Source: a virus
Taxonomy: Duplodnaviria > Caudoviricetes
Length of the DNA stretch: 42,550 nucleotides
Direction: 5' to 3' (one strand)
Virus record (IMG/VR): IMGVR_UViG_3300024232_000025
Span: 1 to 42,550 of that record
Shown: positions 9,900 through 19,352 of the stretch, one piece after another
Layout of the letters: each line of letters opens with the position of its first letter
Position numbering within the stretch: position 1 is the stretch's first letter
Position numbers and translations under genes: made by a program
The notes under the pieces: model-generated
What the model was told of the DNA's origin: nothing
The model's input: only the letters and a program-made list of their open reading frames with translations
The model's database searches: none

Positions 9900-10313
9900 T
9901 TAGTACCCCACCTGTACGTCGATAGAGGTGGTCGTGGAGCCAGAAGCTACCAGTTCCACACCCGAATCGCCGACAGCATAGCCGAAGCGCACCCCGCCAG
10001 CCCGCTTGCTAACCGGGGGAGTCTTGGCTTGGTCGAAGTAGAGAATGTCTCCACCGTTTACGGCCACATTGGCGTCCGCGCCAGAAGTGCCGCTGGAATC
10101 CTTACCCGCAACGAGTAAGGTGAAAATCCCGTCCTTCTGCATACGGGTCTTGCCGTCCGAGTCCGCGTTATCCAACGCAACACCCGGAACCGAGCCGCAC
10201 ACCACAGGATCATTGGCCAAAGCGTGATTACTGGTGCGGTTGGCAGTTTGCGCAATAACCGCAACGTTAGGCCAAACATTGTTGGTCTGCGCGTACTTTC
10301 GATTCGTTGCCAT
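9900..10313 (-). CDS. capsid cement / head decoration protein (DUF2190-like)
   Basis: MATN...DPVVCGSVPGVAL...GDILYFD...FGYAV pattern, directly upstream of the capsid gene. Confidence 0.7.
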   Translation of the reverse strand: MATNRKYAQTNNVWPNVAVIAQTANRTSNHALANDPVVCGSVPGVALDNADSDGKTRMQKDGIFTLLVAGKDSSGTSGADANVAVNGGDILYFDQAKTPPVSKRAGGVRFGYAVGDSGVELVASGSTTTSIDVQVGY

Positions 10314-10363
10314 CGTTTGTTGCCTCCAAAAGTGTAATTATTACGGTCCCGAAGGCTTCCGCG

Positions 10364-11761
10364 CTACCGGAAGTCTCCCAGAGCGTACTTCAGACCAGCT
10401 TCGGGGACTCCAAGCGTCTGCAACGACTCGCTGTAGCGCTTCTTATCCGCTTCCTCGGCCTTCTGGGTGTTGCTCTCACGTGCATTGAGATGCTGTTCGC
10501 CCAGTCCGGTGACTGAGCCGCCAGCTTCGGCCACGCCCACGAGATCCTCTTTAACCGACTTGGCCCAGTCCAAGTCAACCTTGCCCTCGGTGGTCATCTT
10601 GGGATTGCCGCATACCCGCTCCAGCAGTGATGCCTTCACGGTAAAGCCAGCCTCCCGTACCAAGGTCCCGACAGTGGCGACAGCAAGAATCACGTTCTGC
10701 TGAGCCTCCATGACCTTGTTCTTCGCCTCTGCCGCGTCCAGTCTATCGCGCAGGGCTTGCACTTCTGCGTCCGTTAATCCAGGCATATTACTCTCCTTTA
10801 CATCGGTGATAGGGGCACTGCCCCGCTGCGATTCTGTAACTGGGACGATTGGGGCACCGCCCGCGCCCGCCTTGGTTACATAGTCTACTGAGTAAGCCTT
10901 CTCGAAGGACTGGGCAATCATGCCCGTGCGACCATCGACAGTGCCTGGGGCTGCCTTAATCGCGGCGTTAATGCTGCACCCGATGTAAGGCCCCTTACTC
11001 ATAATCTGTTCTTCGTGGTCAGGGAACACCATGGCCTCAGAGTAGAGGCCAGCACCCACCGGACCATTGGCATTCCAGTATGCATCACGGTCAAGCACAC
11101 TGGCCAAGTCGTTAACGTCGCCCTCAGGCCGCTCAATCTGCTCCGTCTCGGTGGCATGATTGAGGAACATCTGAGTGCCTTTCTTGAAGGCCTGTGGTCC
11201 AGTGGCCTTGATCATGGCTTCACTGTAATATGCCATCGAGCCCCATCCCGGCTTGATGATGCAGACAGGGATACGGGTCTTGCTGGCCTCGGTGACCTTG
11301 ATCCCCTCTGTTACGGCTGGTTCGCAGAAGGTGACCGACTCCCTGACGAGGGTGAACTCCTCCGCAGTCTCAGGCTTGTGAGTCTCGCGCACGGCCTTGA
11401 ACCAGTCCATATCCTCCACGAGGCCTTGAGGAAGATCAAATAACGCCCGCATCGACTCAAGCGCTTCTGTGGCGGAAGATACGTAGGCGACATGCACCTT
11501 TTTAGCCGCGCCAACTGTGACGGTTGGGTCACTTCCAGCAGCACCTTGAGTAGCTGTGTATGAGCGTTTGTAGTTCTGCCCCTTGTGAGAGTAGACAACA
11601 TGCCCAGGAAATACATCATTAACCCACGGACCCTGTTCATCATAGGTGTTGTTCACCCCGTGAGCCGCCATGAGCGCAGTGCGAAGATGACCCCTGAGCG
11701 CATCATGGGACTGATTCATCGGCAAAGCCGCCTCAGCGACTGTCTTATAGAAGGGAAACAT
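10364..11761 (-). CDS. capsid maturation protease / scaffold
   Basis: Likely start MFPFY at 11761 behind AAAGGAG. IIKPGWGS, MFLNH, GCSINA and SVDYVTKAGAGG motifs, with a coiled-coil C-terminus. Confidence 0.8.
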   Translation of the reverse strand: MFPFYKTVAEAALPMNQSHDALRGHLRTALMAAHGVNNTYDEQGPWVNDVFPGHVVYSHKGQNYKRSYTATQGAAGSDPTVTVGAAKKVHVAYVSSATEALESMRALFDLPQGLVEDMDWFKAVRETHKPETAEEFTLVRESVTFCEPAVTEGIKVTEASKTRIPVCIIKPGWGSMAYYSEAMIKATGPQAFKKGTQMFLNHATETEQIERPEGDVNDLASVLDRDAYWNANGPVGAGLYSEAMVFPDHEEQIMSKGPYIGCSINAAIKAAPGTVDGRTGMIAQSFEKAYSVDYVTKAGAGGAPIVPVTESQRGSAPITDVKESNMPGLTDAEVQALRDRLDAAEAKNKVMEAQQNVILAVATVGTLVREAGFTVKASLLERVCGNPKMTTEGKVDLDWAKSVKEDLVGVAEAGGSVTGLGEQHLNARESNTQKAEEADKKRYSESLQTLGVPEAGLKYALGDFR

Positions 11762-11786
11762 TACTTCTCCTTTGTACCACGTAAAG

Positions 11787-13580
11787 CTAACGTTTCGCCC
11801 CCGGTAAAGGGGCACCTGAAGGCTTCGGAGTAGGCTTAGAGGCTGTTTTCATAGCTGCATCTGCCGACTTGAGAGCCGCATCTCCAAGCTCTTTCTTACC
11901 CTGAGCTACCAGATGCTCATCGTCCATCTTGTCCGCCGGATCAGCAAAGCCTTGCAGCACAGAGTCAGGATACAGCAGTTCTGTCATCCGCTGCGCATCC
12001 TCGCGGCCAAGAGCCTCAAGCAGCATCTCACAGACCACTTTACGGTCAGGGATGATACCCTCAGCGGCACTACCACCTAATGTTACAGCCTGGACAACCG
12101 AGCGAACACGATCGGTCACGTCGCGCTCAAGTATATTGGGGAACTCGATCTTGACGTTGGTGGTTTCACCTTCAGGTGGAATAACCGTAATTATTACGGT
12201 CCCGTCGAAGGAATCCCGTGTCATCTCGGCACTGTAGCCAGCCTTGTTGAGAACACCACCTGGAGCCTGAGCAGACCACTCAATCAATCGGGTGCAAAAG
12301 GCTTGTATGACCCCAGCCCACATGTCTTGACGAGAAACCATCTTAAGCTCAGTAGGACGATCAAGGGTGGTAGATGTGGCGAAGTTGCCAATGTCGGAGT
12401 CCCCGAGGAAGTGTTCAGGGGTATCTGACCCAGCCGCGACCATTGACCTGAGTGCGCGTGCCTCATCTGGACCTGTCGTAGATCCCGCTGTTTTAATCGG
12501 CTTGACATCTGCGGCCCCCGATAACAAGGCCCAAGATGCTGTATTAGTGGGCGGATTATTGTCAATCGCCCGCCCATTCTGGACCCCTGTCTTCATCCTG
12601 TTCTTGCTGGCAGCGACACCAGCTTTCCCAGGCAATCCCGATATTTGGTACGCGAGTCTGGCATAAGCGGCCAGAATTGTGGCAAAGTTCTCCAGAATGC
12701 GCTTGTAGCCCGTGGCCCAGCCAAATGCTGAGATAAGCTCAGGGCACCCGAAGCGCATCATGTCCAGCCCACCCGTCTTGAGATGGTAGGTGCAAGTGTC
12801 CCAGGCTATACGAGTGCCGTCGATATCGTACTTGCGGCGGGTAACTGGGTAGTAGTCCCAATCCGGATACAGGGTGTTCTCCTGTACAGTGTCCTGCATC
12901 ATCTGATCTTGGAGAAAGAAGCCCCCATTCGGGCCTCCAACGTTAGACACACGAGCATAAAAGCGGGGCTCTTTGGAGTCTTCAGGGTTGTAAATGATAC
13001 CTTGTATTTGGTCAAAGGGGAGGAGTCGAACGCGGGCAGTGCCGTTTTCCTTGTTCCGATAGAATATGAAGAACTGATTACCGTCAACCCGTTGCTGTCG
13101 CTCTCGCTCAGTCCAGGCATCCCCGATAATGCGTTGATTCTTCCTGTTATTGAAAAAGTCATCAAGCACCTTCTGCACATTGGGGTTCTCAGCGGTGATC
13201 TGCACGCCTCTGCCCCAGACATATAGCTCCTGCACCGTCACGACACGCTTGATTAGAGGATTGATCATGTACATGACACGGGAGAGCCCCACGATGCGCC
13301 TGAGAGTGGTACGGGTGAAATTGAAGGTAGCGTCCGCGCCATTCGCAAGCCAGCCACGATCCTCACCGGAGAAGGTGGCCTCAAGCTCACCAAAAGCAGA
13401 TTCCAGGACTTCCACCATCTTGCCCTTGAGCGCCTCTTGGGACGGCATACCTGAATCGCCATCCTTCACCATGAGAGCCTCTTCGGCCAGATCAGCAGTC
13501 GCAGTCATGTGATTTGCGCCCAATGACGCGCCAGCCCAAGCCCCTACGAGCTTATCGCGCAGTTGCTTTCCGAATGTCAT
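11787..13580 (-). CDS. portal protein
   Basis: 597 aa between terminase and protease genes. NPLIKRVV, VDGNQF and PEHFLGD-NFATS motifs. Confidence 0.85.
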   Translation of the reverse strand: MTFGKQLRDKLVGAWAGASLGANHMTATADLAEEALMVKDGDSGMPSQEALKGKMVEVLESAFGELEATFSGEDRGWLANGADATFNFTRTTLRRIVGLSRVMYMINPLIKRVVTVQELYVWGRGVQITAENPNVQKVLDDFFNNRKNQRIIGDAWTERERQQRVDGNQFFIFYRNKENGTARVRLLPFDQIQGIIYNPEDSKEPRFYARVSNVGGPNGGFFLQDQMMQDTVQENTLYPDWDYYPVTRRKYDIDGTRIAWDTCTYHLKTGGLDMMRFGCPELISAFGWATGYKRILENFATILAAYARLAYQISGLPGKAGVAASKNRMKTGVQNGRAIDNNPPTNTASWALLSGAADVKPIKTAGSTTGPDEARALRSMVAAGSDTPEHFLGDSDIGNFATSTTLDRPTELKMVSRQDMWAGVIQAFCTRLIEWSAQAPGGVLNKAGYSAEMTRDSFDGTVIITVIPPEGETTNVKIEFPNILERDVTDRVRSVVQAVTLGGSAAEGIIPDRKVVCEMLLEALGREDAQRMTELLYPDSVLQGFADPADKMDDEHLVAQGKKELGDAALKSADAAMKTASKPTPKPSGAPLPGAKR

Positions 13581-13606
13581 GACTGTAATTATTACGCTTT
13601 TGGCGA

Positions 13607-13996
13607 CTAAGATCTGTGGTTTGTTTGGTTATTCAATCCATGAACCATACCCCGTAATTCGGCAATCAGAGAGGCGTGAGACTCCACTTTCACACATAAG
13701 GAGTCCAGCGTTTTGGTGCTTATGCTATTCACCACACTCTGTGATTGCCCTGCCGTCTGAATAGCAGCAGCTGCTGTGATCAATTCCCGAGCGGCGGTCT
13801 TCATATCAGCCGCAATCTCGGCAATTGCCTCGTTGGTTGTGCGTTTGAACTCAGCCAAACTGGCCTCACTGGATAGAAACTTGTTATCCAGGACAGCCAG
13901 CTTGATGTCCATGTCGTGAGAGGACTTAACTGAAGATAAATATGCAGCGATAGCAGCAGAAAGGAGTGCCGCTGCCACCATGCGAACCCATTCCAT
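13607..13996 (-). CDS. membrane-anchored coiled-coil protein (possibly lysis-related)
   Basis: One N-terminal hydrophobic helix followed by a heptad-rich region. Confidence 0.5.
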   Translation of the reverse strand: MEWVRMVAAALLSAAIAAYLSSVKSSHDMDIKLAVLDNKFLSSEASLAEFKRTTNEAIAEIAADMKTAARELITAAAAIQTAGQSQSVVNSISTKTLDSLCVKVESHASLIAELRGMVHGLNNQTNHRS

Positions 13997-14097
13997 GCAT
14001 ACAGGGTACCAGCATAGTACTAGCGTTTCACCCCATTATGTGCCTTTTTTCACCAATCAGTACTAAGGTGAATCCCCTATTTCCGTAATTATTACGG

Positions 14098-15498
14098 TCA
14101 GAAAGGTGAAATATCTATCCCCCCTGTGTAGACCATCACGTCTTCAAACTCTTCCGGATCGTCTGCAAGGCTGTCGATAAAGGCCACCATATAGCGCAAA
14201 GCGTCCATACCGTGATTGTCCTTATCAAGCGGGATCTCATCTTTCTTACTATTTGCCTTCTCATTCTGCCTCTTATCCCACACGTAACCGTCAAACTCGC
14301 CCTCAGTGCTATACGGGGCTCCCCTGTCCTTAAGCTCCTCATCCACCGAGATTAGAGCATCCCGCAGGATCATGATCCCAGGACGGCCCTCCCAATCAGG
14401 TAAAAGCCGCTTTTGGACACCTTGAACACCCTCTTGGATGCTCTTGTATGCCGCAAATGTCGGATATCCCGTGTGTCTCTGAAATACGGCCCTGCCCTCT
14501 GCGTCATGATCACAAATGATGGCCTGAGGGGGAGGTTGGCCCTCAGTGATGCTCATTATCTCCCTTGCTGCGTCCTCAACCAGCATCTGAGTGCGGTATA
14601 GTTCACGGTTGAGGTAGAGACGGCCTTGCGGGTCCTCCATCCAATCCTGCCAAACGAAAGGATGAGTAAAACCAAAGTCCAAGGACCAGTAATGAGTCCA
14701 TTCTTCCCAGCCAACAGGTAATTCAGCACGAGAAATGAGATGAGTGTGAGTGTCCCAAGTGTCATAGACTATACCCTCCGCAGCGGCCCACTCTCCTTTA
14801 TATAAGCGCTTGAATCGCACACCGGAGAGCCGTTTGAGCTTCGCCATGTAGCGGACGCCCTCCGGAGTCCAGCTTTGGCTACTTTGATCGAAGAATTTGG
14901 GGTTGTCCTCATGAAAGGACAGGTACATCTTGGTCAAGCCCTTGTCGCAGCGCACTTTTAGCCAATGAGTGGGCTTGTCTGGGTTGCAATCGCCCATCAT
15001 TTGCTGATAGGGCACGACTCCATGGCGGATACAGGCCGTGCAGATTTCCCAGTCATTCTCAGTGGCCTCAGTGGCCTCCTGCATGTATCCGATGTCCCAT
15101 TCGGACGAGTTTAGGCGATCTACGTCATCCAAACCGATGACCGCGCACATGGACTTGTTGGGATAGTTGAAAACTTGGTCCTGTTTGAGGAAGTGTACCT
15201 TGTCCTGGGGCTTGAGGATGAACTCCTGGTACATAGCAAGGCAGGAATTGGTCATCGAGGTGCGGGTTTTGCGGGACATGAAGCCCCTTGCGCCTGGATA
15301 TTTGCTCAGGACAAGGTGAAGTTTATGTAAAAGTCCCAGAGACTTGCCAGTACCCTTTGGACCCGCAACAAGTATCTCGTCAGACTTATCGAGAAACACC
15401 TCTTTCGACGCGCCATAGGGGGTGTATTTGATCTTGTAACCAGAAGCGGCGACTAGCTCAGGTTGGGCAGTTGCGGGGACTACCTTCTTCCTGGGCAT
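14098..15498 (-). CDS. terL: terminase large subunit
   Basis: Walker A GPKGTGKS, Walker B-like YMQEATE, coupling motif DCNP, nuclease motifs SLDFGFTHP and NHGMDALRY. Confidence 0.95.
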   Translation of the reverse strand: MPRKKVVPATAQPELVAASGYKIKYTPYGASKEVFLDKSDEILVAGPKGTGKSLGLLHKLHLVLSKYPGARGFMSRKTRTSMTNSCLAMYQEFILKPQDKVHFLKQDQVFNYPNKSMCAVIGLDDVDRLNSSEWDIGYMQEATEATENDWEICTACIRHGVVPYQQMMGDCNPDKPTHWLKVRCDKGLTKMYLSFHEDNPKFFDQSSQSWTPEGVRYMAKLKRLSGVRFKRLYKGEWAAAEGIVYDTWDTHTHLISRAELPVGWEEWTHYWSLDFGFTHPFVWQDWMEDPQGRLYLNRELYRTQMLVEDAAREIMSITEGQPPPQAIICDHDAEGRAVFQRHTGYPTFAAYKSIQEGVQGVQKRLLPDWEGRPGIMILRDALISVDEELKDRGAPYSTEGEFDGYVWDKRQNEKANSKKDEIPLDKDNHGMDALRYMVAFIDSLADDPEEFEDVMVYTGGIDISPF

Positions 15499-15500
15499 GT

Positions 15501-15968
15501 CTATACCGCATCCACGTCAACGCCTACATAGATGCGGATTGCCGTCTCCTGTTGATTCTTTTCTTCCGGCTTGTCAAGAGCCAGCAACTTACGGCGGCGA
15601 TCAGATATTTGCAGGCTAAGACCAGCCGCAGCAAGATTGCCAGCCTCTGCCAGTGGTTGGTAGAAGCGTAGGAGAGCATCATACCGTTCGATCTCCATTT
15701 GGCGCATCTCTTCGGTAGTTTCGGAGAACTCCTTGATGGCCATACCCATCACCTGCTTGGCGTCCTCACTGGCCGTGACCGTGGTGCACCCTAAAGTGCG
15801 GGCAATCTCCTCGTACGAGTAGCCTTGACGCCTCAACTCGACCACTTTATACCGTCTGTCCACTTGACGTAGCGTCTGGACCGAATTAACTACATTCGAG
15901 CCCCTGGTTTTCCCCTGAGTGCGGAGGGCCTTGACGGGAACAGCCTTCTTGGATCTCTTAGTCGCCAT
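15501..15968 (-). CDS. terS: terminase small subunit (HTH)
   Basis: VVELRRQGYSYEEIARTLG helix-turn-helix and RRRKLLALD, directly upstream of terL. Confidence 0.8.
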   Translation of the reverse strand: MATKRSKKAVPVKALRTQGKTRGSNVVNSVQTLRQVDRRYKVVELRRQGYSYEEIARTLGCTTVTASEDAKQVMGMAIKEFSETTEEMRQMEIERYDALLRFYQPLAEAGNLAAAGLSLQISDRRRKLLALDKPEEKNQQETAIRIYVGVDVDAV

Positions 15969-15986
15969 AATCAGTTGCCATAATCT

Positions 15987-16018
15987 GTAATTATTACACT
16001 CTGCTATTCTAGTGTCAA
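15987..16018 (-). promoter_or_regulatory. putative sigma70-type promoter of the packaging/virion operon, with the -10 region inside a palindrome copy
   Basis: Minus strand reads TTGACA (16018-16013), then 16 nt, then TAATAAT. Confidence 0.55.
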
Positions 16019-16088
16019 CGGTACTAGTACCCGCAGTCCCGTTACTCTCTTGCGGGCTGCGATTGGGGGGGAGGTGCGGGCCTTCCCC

Positions 16089-16364
16089 TTAGTCGTTATC
16101 GTACGAGATGGTTAGCGTAGTTCCATTCGGGACGTACGCATAGAGCCCACCCAGACGATATCCAGGCAGGGCAGGTTCCTTGGGTGGCAGGATTGTCATC
16201 TTGCCCGTTTCGAGACTGGCCCCGTGCGATGAGTCTGTAGTGGACCCGCCCAGTCGAGCAGGACCCCCAACAGCGCAGATATACACCGCAGTGGCCATAA
16301 TCTGCGCATCAGTGGTTAGCTGGTGCGTAGCATTGTTACCGGAGATGTCGGCTAGTGATTTCAT
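16089..16364 (-). CDS. hypothetical protein
   Basis: 91-aa ORF with AGGTG upstream of the ATG. Confidence 0.6.
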   Translation of the reverse strand: MKSLADISGNNATHQLTTDAQIMATAVYICAVGGPARLGGSTTDSSHGASLETGKMTILPPKEPALPGYRLGGLYAYVPNGTTLTISYDND

Positions 16365-16385
16365 GCACCTATTATACGATTAAGT

Positions 16386-16694
16386 ATGGAAATCACCATT
16401 TACTGGTCAGACAAGCTCGGAGCCCCGCATAGAAAGTTCCGAGAGTTTGTGCAAGAGATGGCCAACCGCATCAATTTTGGTCATGCCCGCCATGGATTCC
16501 CCAATTTCAATGATGATTACTGGGGATCACTCAAGAAAGAGATGGAAGCCTACAATCACACAGGCAATAAAGAGCACCTGTACAATATCGCCAACTTCGC
16601 CGAGCTTGAATGCCGTGTCCCTTCACACCCCAAGCACCATTATGCAGCCGTCAAATCTGTGAATCGCAACGGCAAGAGGAAGATTGGGGAGTGA
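16386..16694 (+). CDS. hypothetical protein
   Basis: 102-aa ATG ORF. The MANR...Y..TGNKEHLYNIANFA pattern is protein-like. Confidence 0.65.
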   Translation: MEITIYWSDKLGAPHRKFREFVQEMANRINFGHARHGFPNFNDDYWGSLKKEMEAYNHTGNKEHLYNIANFAELECRVPSHPKHHYAAVKSVNRNGKRKIGE

Positions 16695-16742
16695 GGACGG
16701 GAGAGGTGGCAGGAACCCGTTGCTTGAGGTGGCCTCTCCCGC

Positions 16743-17144
16743 CTATTGCATTGGCGTTTTATTCACCTTATCACGGTTTCTGTCCCACCAGATAGCCGCT
16801 GAGGTGCGATTAGCGTGACCTGTTTTGCCCAGCACCTCACTCACATAGGCTTTAATGGTTCCAGTGTCCAGTTTCAGCTTGAAAGCTATTTCCTTGTTGA
16901 GCAGGCCTTCCACCAAGCAGTCCAGCACTTGGTAGTTGCGCACGGTGAGGGGTTCCCCTAGCAACTGCTCCCTAGTTCTGCGCGTTTGGTACAGTTTCCT
17001 GCGCTCTGGAGTCTGGCGGCACGCATGGCAGATCTTGGCTTTCGCGTTATTGCAGATGTAAGCGTGGAAGTCCTTGCCGCAACGTGCGCAATTGTTCATC
17101 TCAAGCTGTGGAACATCATCTCGAATAGGGCCTTTATATGGCAT
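16743..17144 (-). CDS. LuxR/NarL-type HTH regulator with N-terminal CxxC...CxxC zinc ribbon
   Basis: LTVRNYQVLDCLVEGLLNKEIAFKLKLDTGTIKAYVSEVLGKTGHANRTSAA matches the GerE/LuxR HTH pattern. CARC...CHAC at the N-terminus. Confidence 0.88.
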   Translation of the reverse strand: MPYKGPIRDDVPQLEMNNCARCGKDFHAYICNNAKAKICHACRQTPERRKLYQTRRTREQLLGEPLTVRNYQVLDCLVEGLLNKEIAFKLKLDTGTIKAYVSEVLGKTGHANRTSAAIWWDRNRDKVNKTPMQ

Positions 17145-17358
17145 CCAGGGTACCTACCGTAATTATTACAGTACTGGTACCCGCTCGGACAGCCCGCTTC
17201 GCGTGCAGTCCTCGCTCCGCTCGTCCAGTACAGGGCTCTGGGGGATTGCGAAGATCCCGGTATTTGCTGCGTAAGCAGCAAAGAGGGATCGAAGCGGGAG
17301 GTATCGTGTGAATCCCCCCTTCCCTCTCTCTTGGAACTCTCTCCCAACCCCCCTTCTT

Positions 17359-17387
17359 ATTATATTGTCAAATTCAACTTCTGTCAA
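17359..17387 (-). promoter_or_regulatory. perfect consensus sigma70 promoter facing the LuxR-type gene
   Basis: Minus strand: TTGACA (17387-17382), 17-bp spacer, TATAAT (17364-17359). Confidence 0.85.
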
Positions 17388-17531
17388 GAATTATTATTTT
17401 CTGGGTATTTTACGGTTGAAAACCGTAATAATTACAGTGGTTTAGGGTATTTTGGCCTATTTCGTACGGATTCTGGTCGATTTTTCTTGCAATTCTCTGA
17501 ATTTCGCCTTACTCTTGGATCAGGAGGCGAT

Positions 17532-17780
17532 ATGAACACTGGATTACAGACCACTCTCTGCCCTTCTTGCAGCCGGAACACTCCACGCGAGACGCATGTT
17601 TGCGTATTTTGCGGCTGCTCCACCTCCACCAGTACCTTTGCCGAGATCGCTGAGACTCCCGAAGCGCCTATTTGGCATCCTTGGGTGGTCATATACACCG
17701 AACAGGGCAGCGTTCCTTATGTTCTTGACAAGATTGAGATGGATACACGACGGGAGTTAACCGCGACGCGGGATAACTGA
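17532..17780 (+). CDS. small zinc-ribbon protein
   Basis: CAGGAGG RBS and ATG at 17532. CPSC...CVFC motif. Confidence 0.6.
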   Translation: MNTGLQTTLCPSCSRNTPRETHVCVFCGCSTSTSTFAEIAETPEAPIWHPWVVIYTEQGSVPYVLDKIEMDTRRELTATRDN

Positions 17781-17981
17781 CCCCGGAGGAGAGAGTGAGA
17801 GAGCGCTTGTCGCCTCAAGGTCACGAGGGAGGGGAACTTTCTCCAGAACTCCTCTAAATCGTAGACCACTCAATATCTTCACCTGTTCTTTCGATCTGTG
17901 CGTTTCCTCAGTAGACCTACTTCCTGTCTATCTCTCAAAAGGGGCAGTTCAAACCAATTCCCATGCTGCCCCTTCCTTCAT

Positions 17982-18122
17982 TTACCTCATCATCTGGCTC
18001 AAGAACCAGAAGAACACCCCTAACCATCCCAGGCTTAGCCTAGACGGGGCTGTTGGTAAGCCTACTGCCGCGCAAAGCACGCATATAACCGCTATCACTT
18101 GCAGGATCAACGTTGGATTCAT
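17982..18122 (-). CDS. small two-helix membrane protein (46 aa, not in ORF track)
   Basis: GGAGG RBS. Translation MNPTLILQVIAVICVLCAAVGLPTAPSRLSLGWLGVFFWFLSQMMR. Confidence 0.6.
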   Translation of the reverse strand: MNPTLILQVIAVICVLCAAVGLPTAPSRLSLGWLGVFFWFLSQMMR

Positions 18123-18558
18123 AGAACCTCCGATTCGATCGTACTGTAATTATTACGGTTTTGCTGGATATTGGTTAGTCTGAAGATAACCTCCCCCTCA
18201 CCTCTTTTGCGCTGGAGTCCCGCCCGCTTTCATGTGACTCCCAAAACATCTATTAGGAGATTCCCTGATATACGTACTCGGGGCAATCCCTTATTACCAA
18301 CTGTAATAATTACACTTCATACACGTGTACATTTGCGAAGTGGCCGTTTACGGCCACTGAGCACCCAGGCACCCGGATATATGCGGAGCGGTGCACCGTG
18401 CGCACCTACCGACCTCTGCGTCACAAGAAACGGCACTCTACGGTGACTCAGTGCGGAGTGTCCGCACCACTTTCCGCACTTGAGACACACTCCTATGCCG
18501 AGTGGACAGTAGACTAACAGCTAGAAAAATCAGAAAAGTAGCACCACAGAAAAGTGTG

Positions 18559-18641
18559 TGTGCATAACTTTGTGGAAAACCACTAGTCTCCTGTGGAAAA
18601 CAAATCAATCCTGTGGAAAACTCGTAGTATTCTGTGGAAAT
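18559..18641 (-). promoter_or_regulatory. cluster of five co-oriented DnaA-box-like 9-mers (putative origin)
   Basis: TGTGCATAA at 18559, TGTGGAAAA at 18571, 18592 and 18612, TGTGGAAAT at 18633. Four reverse complements match TTWTNCACA exactly and the last has one mismatch. Confidence 0.6.
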
Positions 18642-18719
18642 AAAGGCGAATAAAAAGGCGAATAGACCAGTATGGCCGTGTGCATCACATGCCAAGTGCG
18701 CATAGTATGAGAAGCAAAA

Positions 18720-19345
18720 TAAACAAAACACGCAAACGGATAGAGGCACCCTAAGGGCAGGACTACTCTTAGGGACACTAACGGTAAGGGCGGGAGACGA
18801 GATTCGCGCCACGCGCTAGGTACAGTGGGGAGATAAGCTATGGGCTCCTCTGCGCGATACATACACTACTACCCTGTGTGGAGAACTAACCCGAACGGGA
18901 CCACAGGGTACGGTGTCAAATACTACCAAGACGTGCTACCGAGTCTGATACGGTGGATGGACTAGTACCGAGAGATCCTCTTACGCTTAAGCGTGGGGAT
19001 ACCAGCGTGCGTAGAGCGGGTGTTTAGACTACGCATAAATCCTAGCGATGAGTTAGGTTTACTGAGAGCACGGGGCGAGAGCTTAATTAGCCGTGCACAC
19101 AGAACGCGGGGATACTAGAGATCATGACTTGCTGATTGATTAAATGGGCAAGGTAGTGGAATAGTGAACGGATCAAGTGACTTGGTTGCATTGAACGCCT
19201 AACACCTGCAATGACAGTCTACAGACTGAGCACGCGTTAGGGTAGTAGACAGGCCAATATCGAATAGATCTAGGAGACAGCCACGATAAAGATAATCGTA
19301 ATTATTACACTTTGAGCGAGGGCGCTAGTAAAGGCCCTCGCTTGT
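18720..19345 (+). ncRNA. candidate large structured non-coding RNA (about 620 nt)
   Basis: No credible ORF. Dense run of stems with G-U pairs, ending in a terminator-like hairpin at 19314-19343. Confidence 0.5.
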
Positions 19346-19352
19346 ATTTATT
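19314..19352 (+). terminator. putative intrinsic terminator
   Basis: GAGCGAGGGC / GCCCTCGCTT stem followed by GTATTTATT (weak U-tract). Confidence 0.4.

Noticed and set aside
18171-18862. ORFs 18171-18446, 18438-18812 and 18605-18862
   Set aside because: They lack an RBS, have atypical composition and overlap the repeat-rich putative origin.
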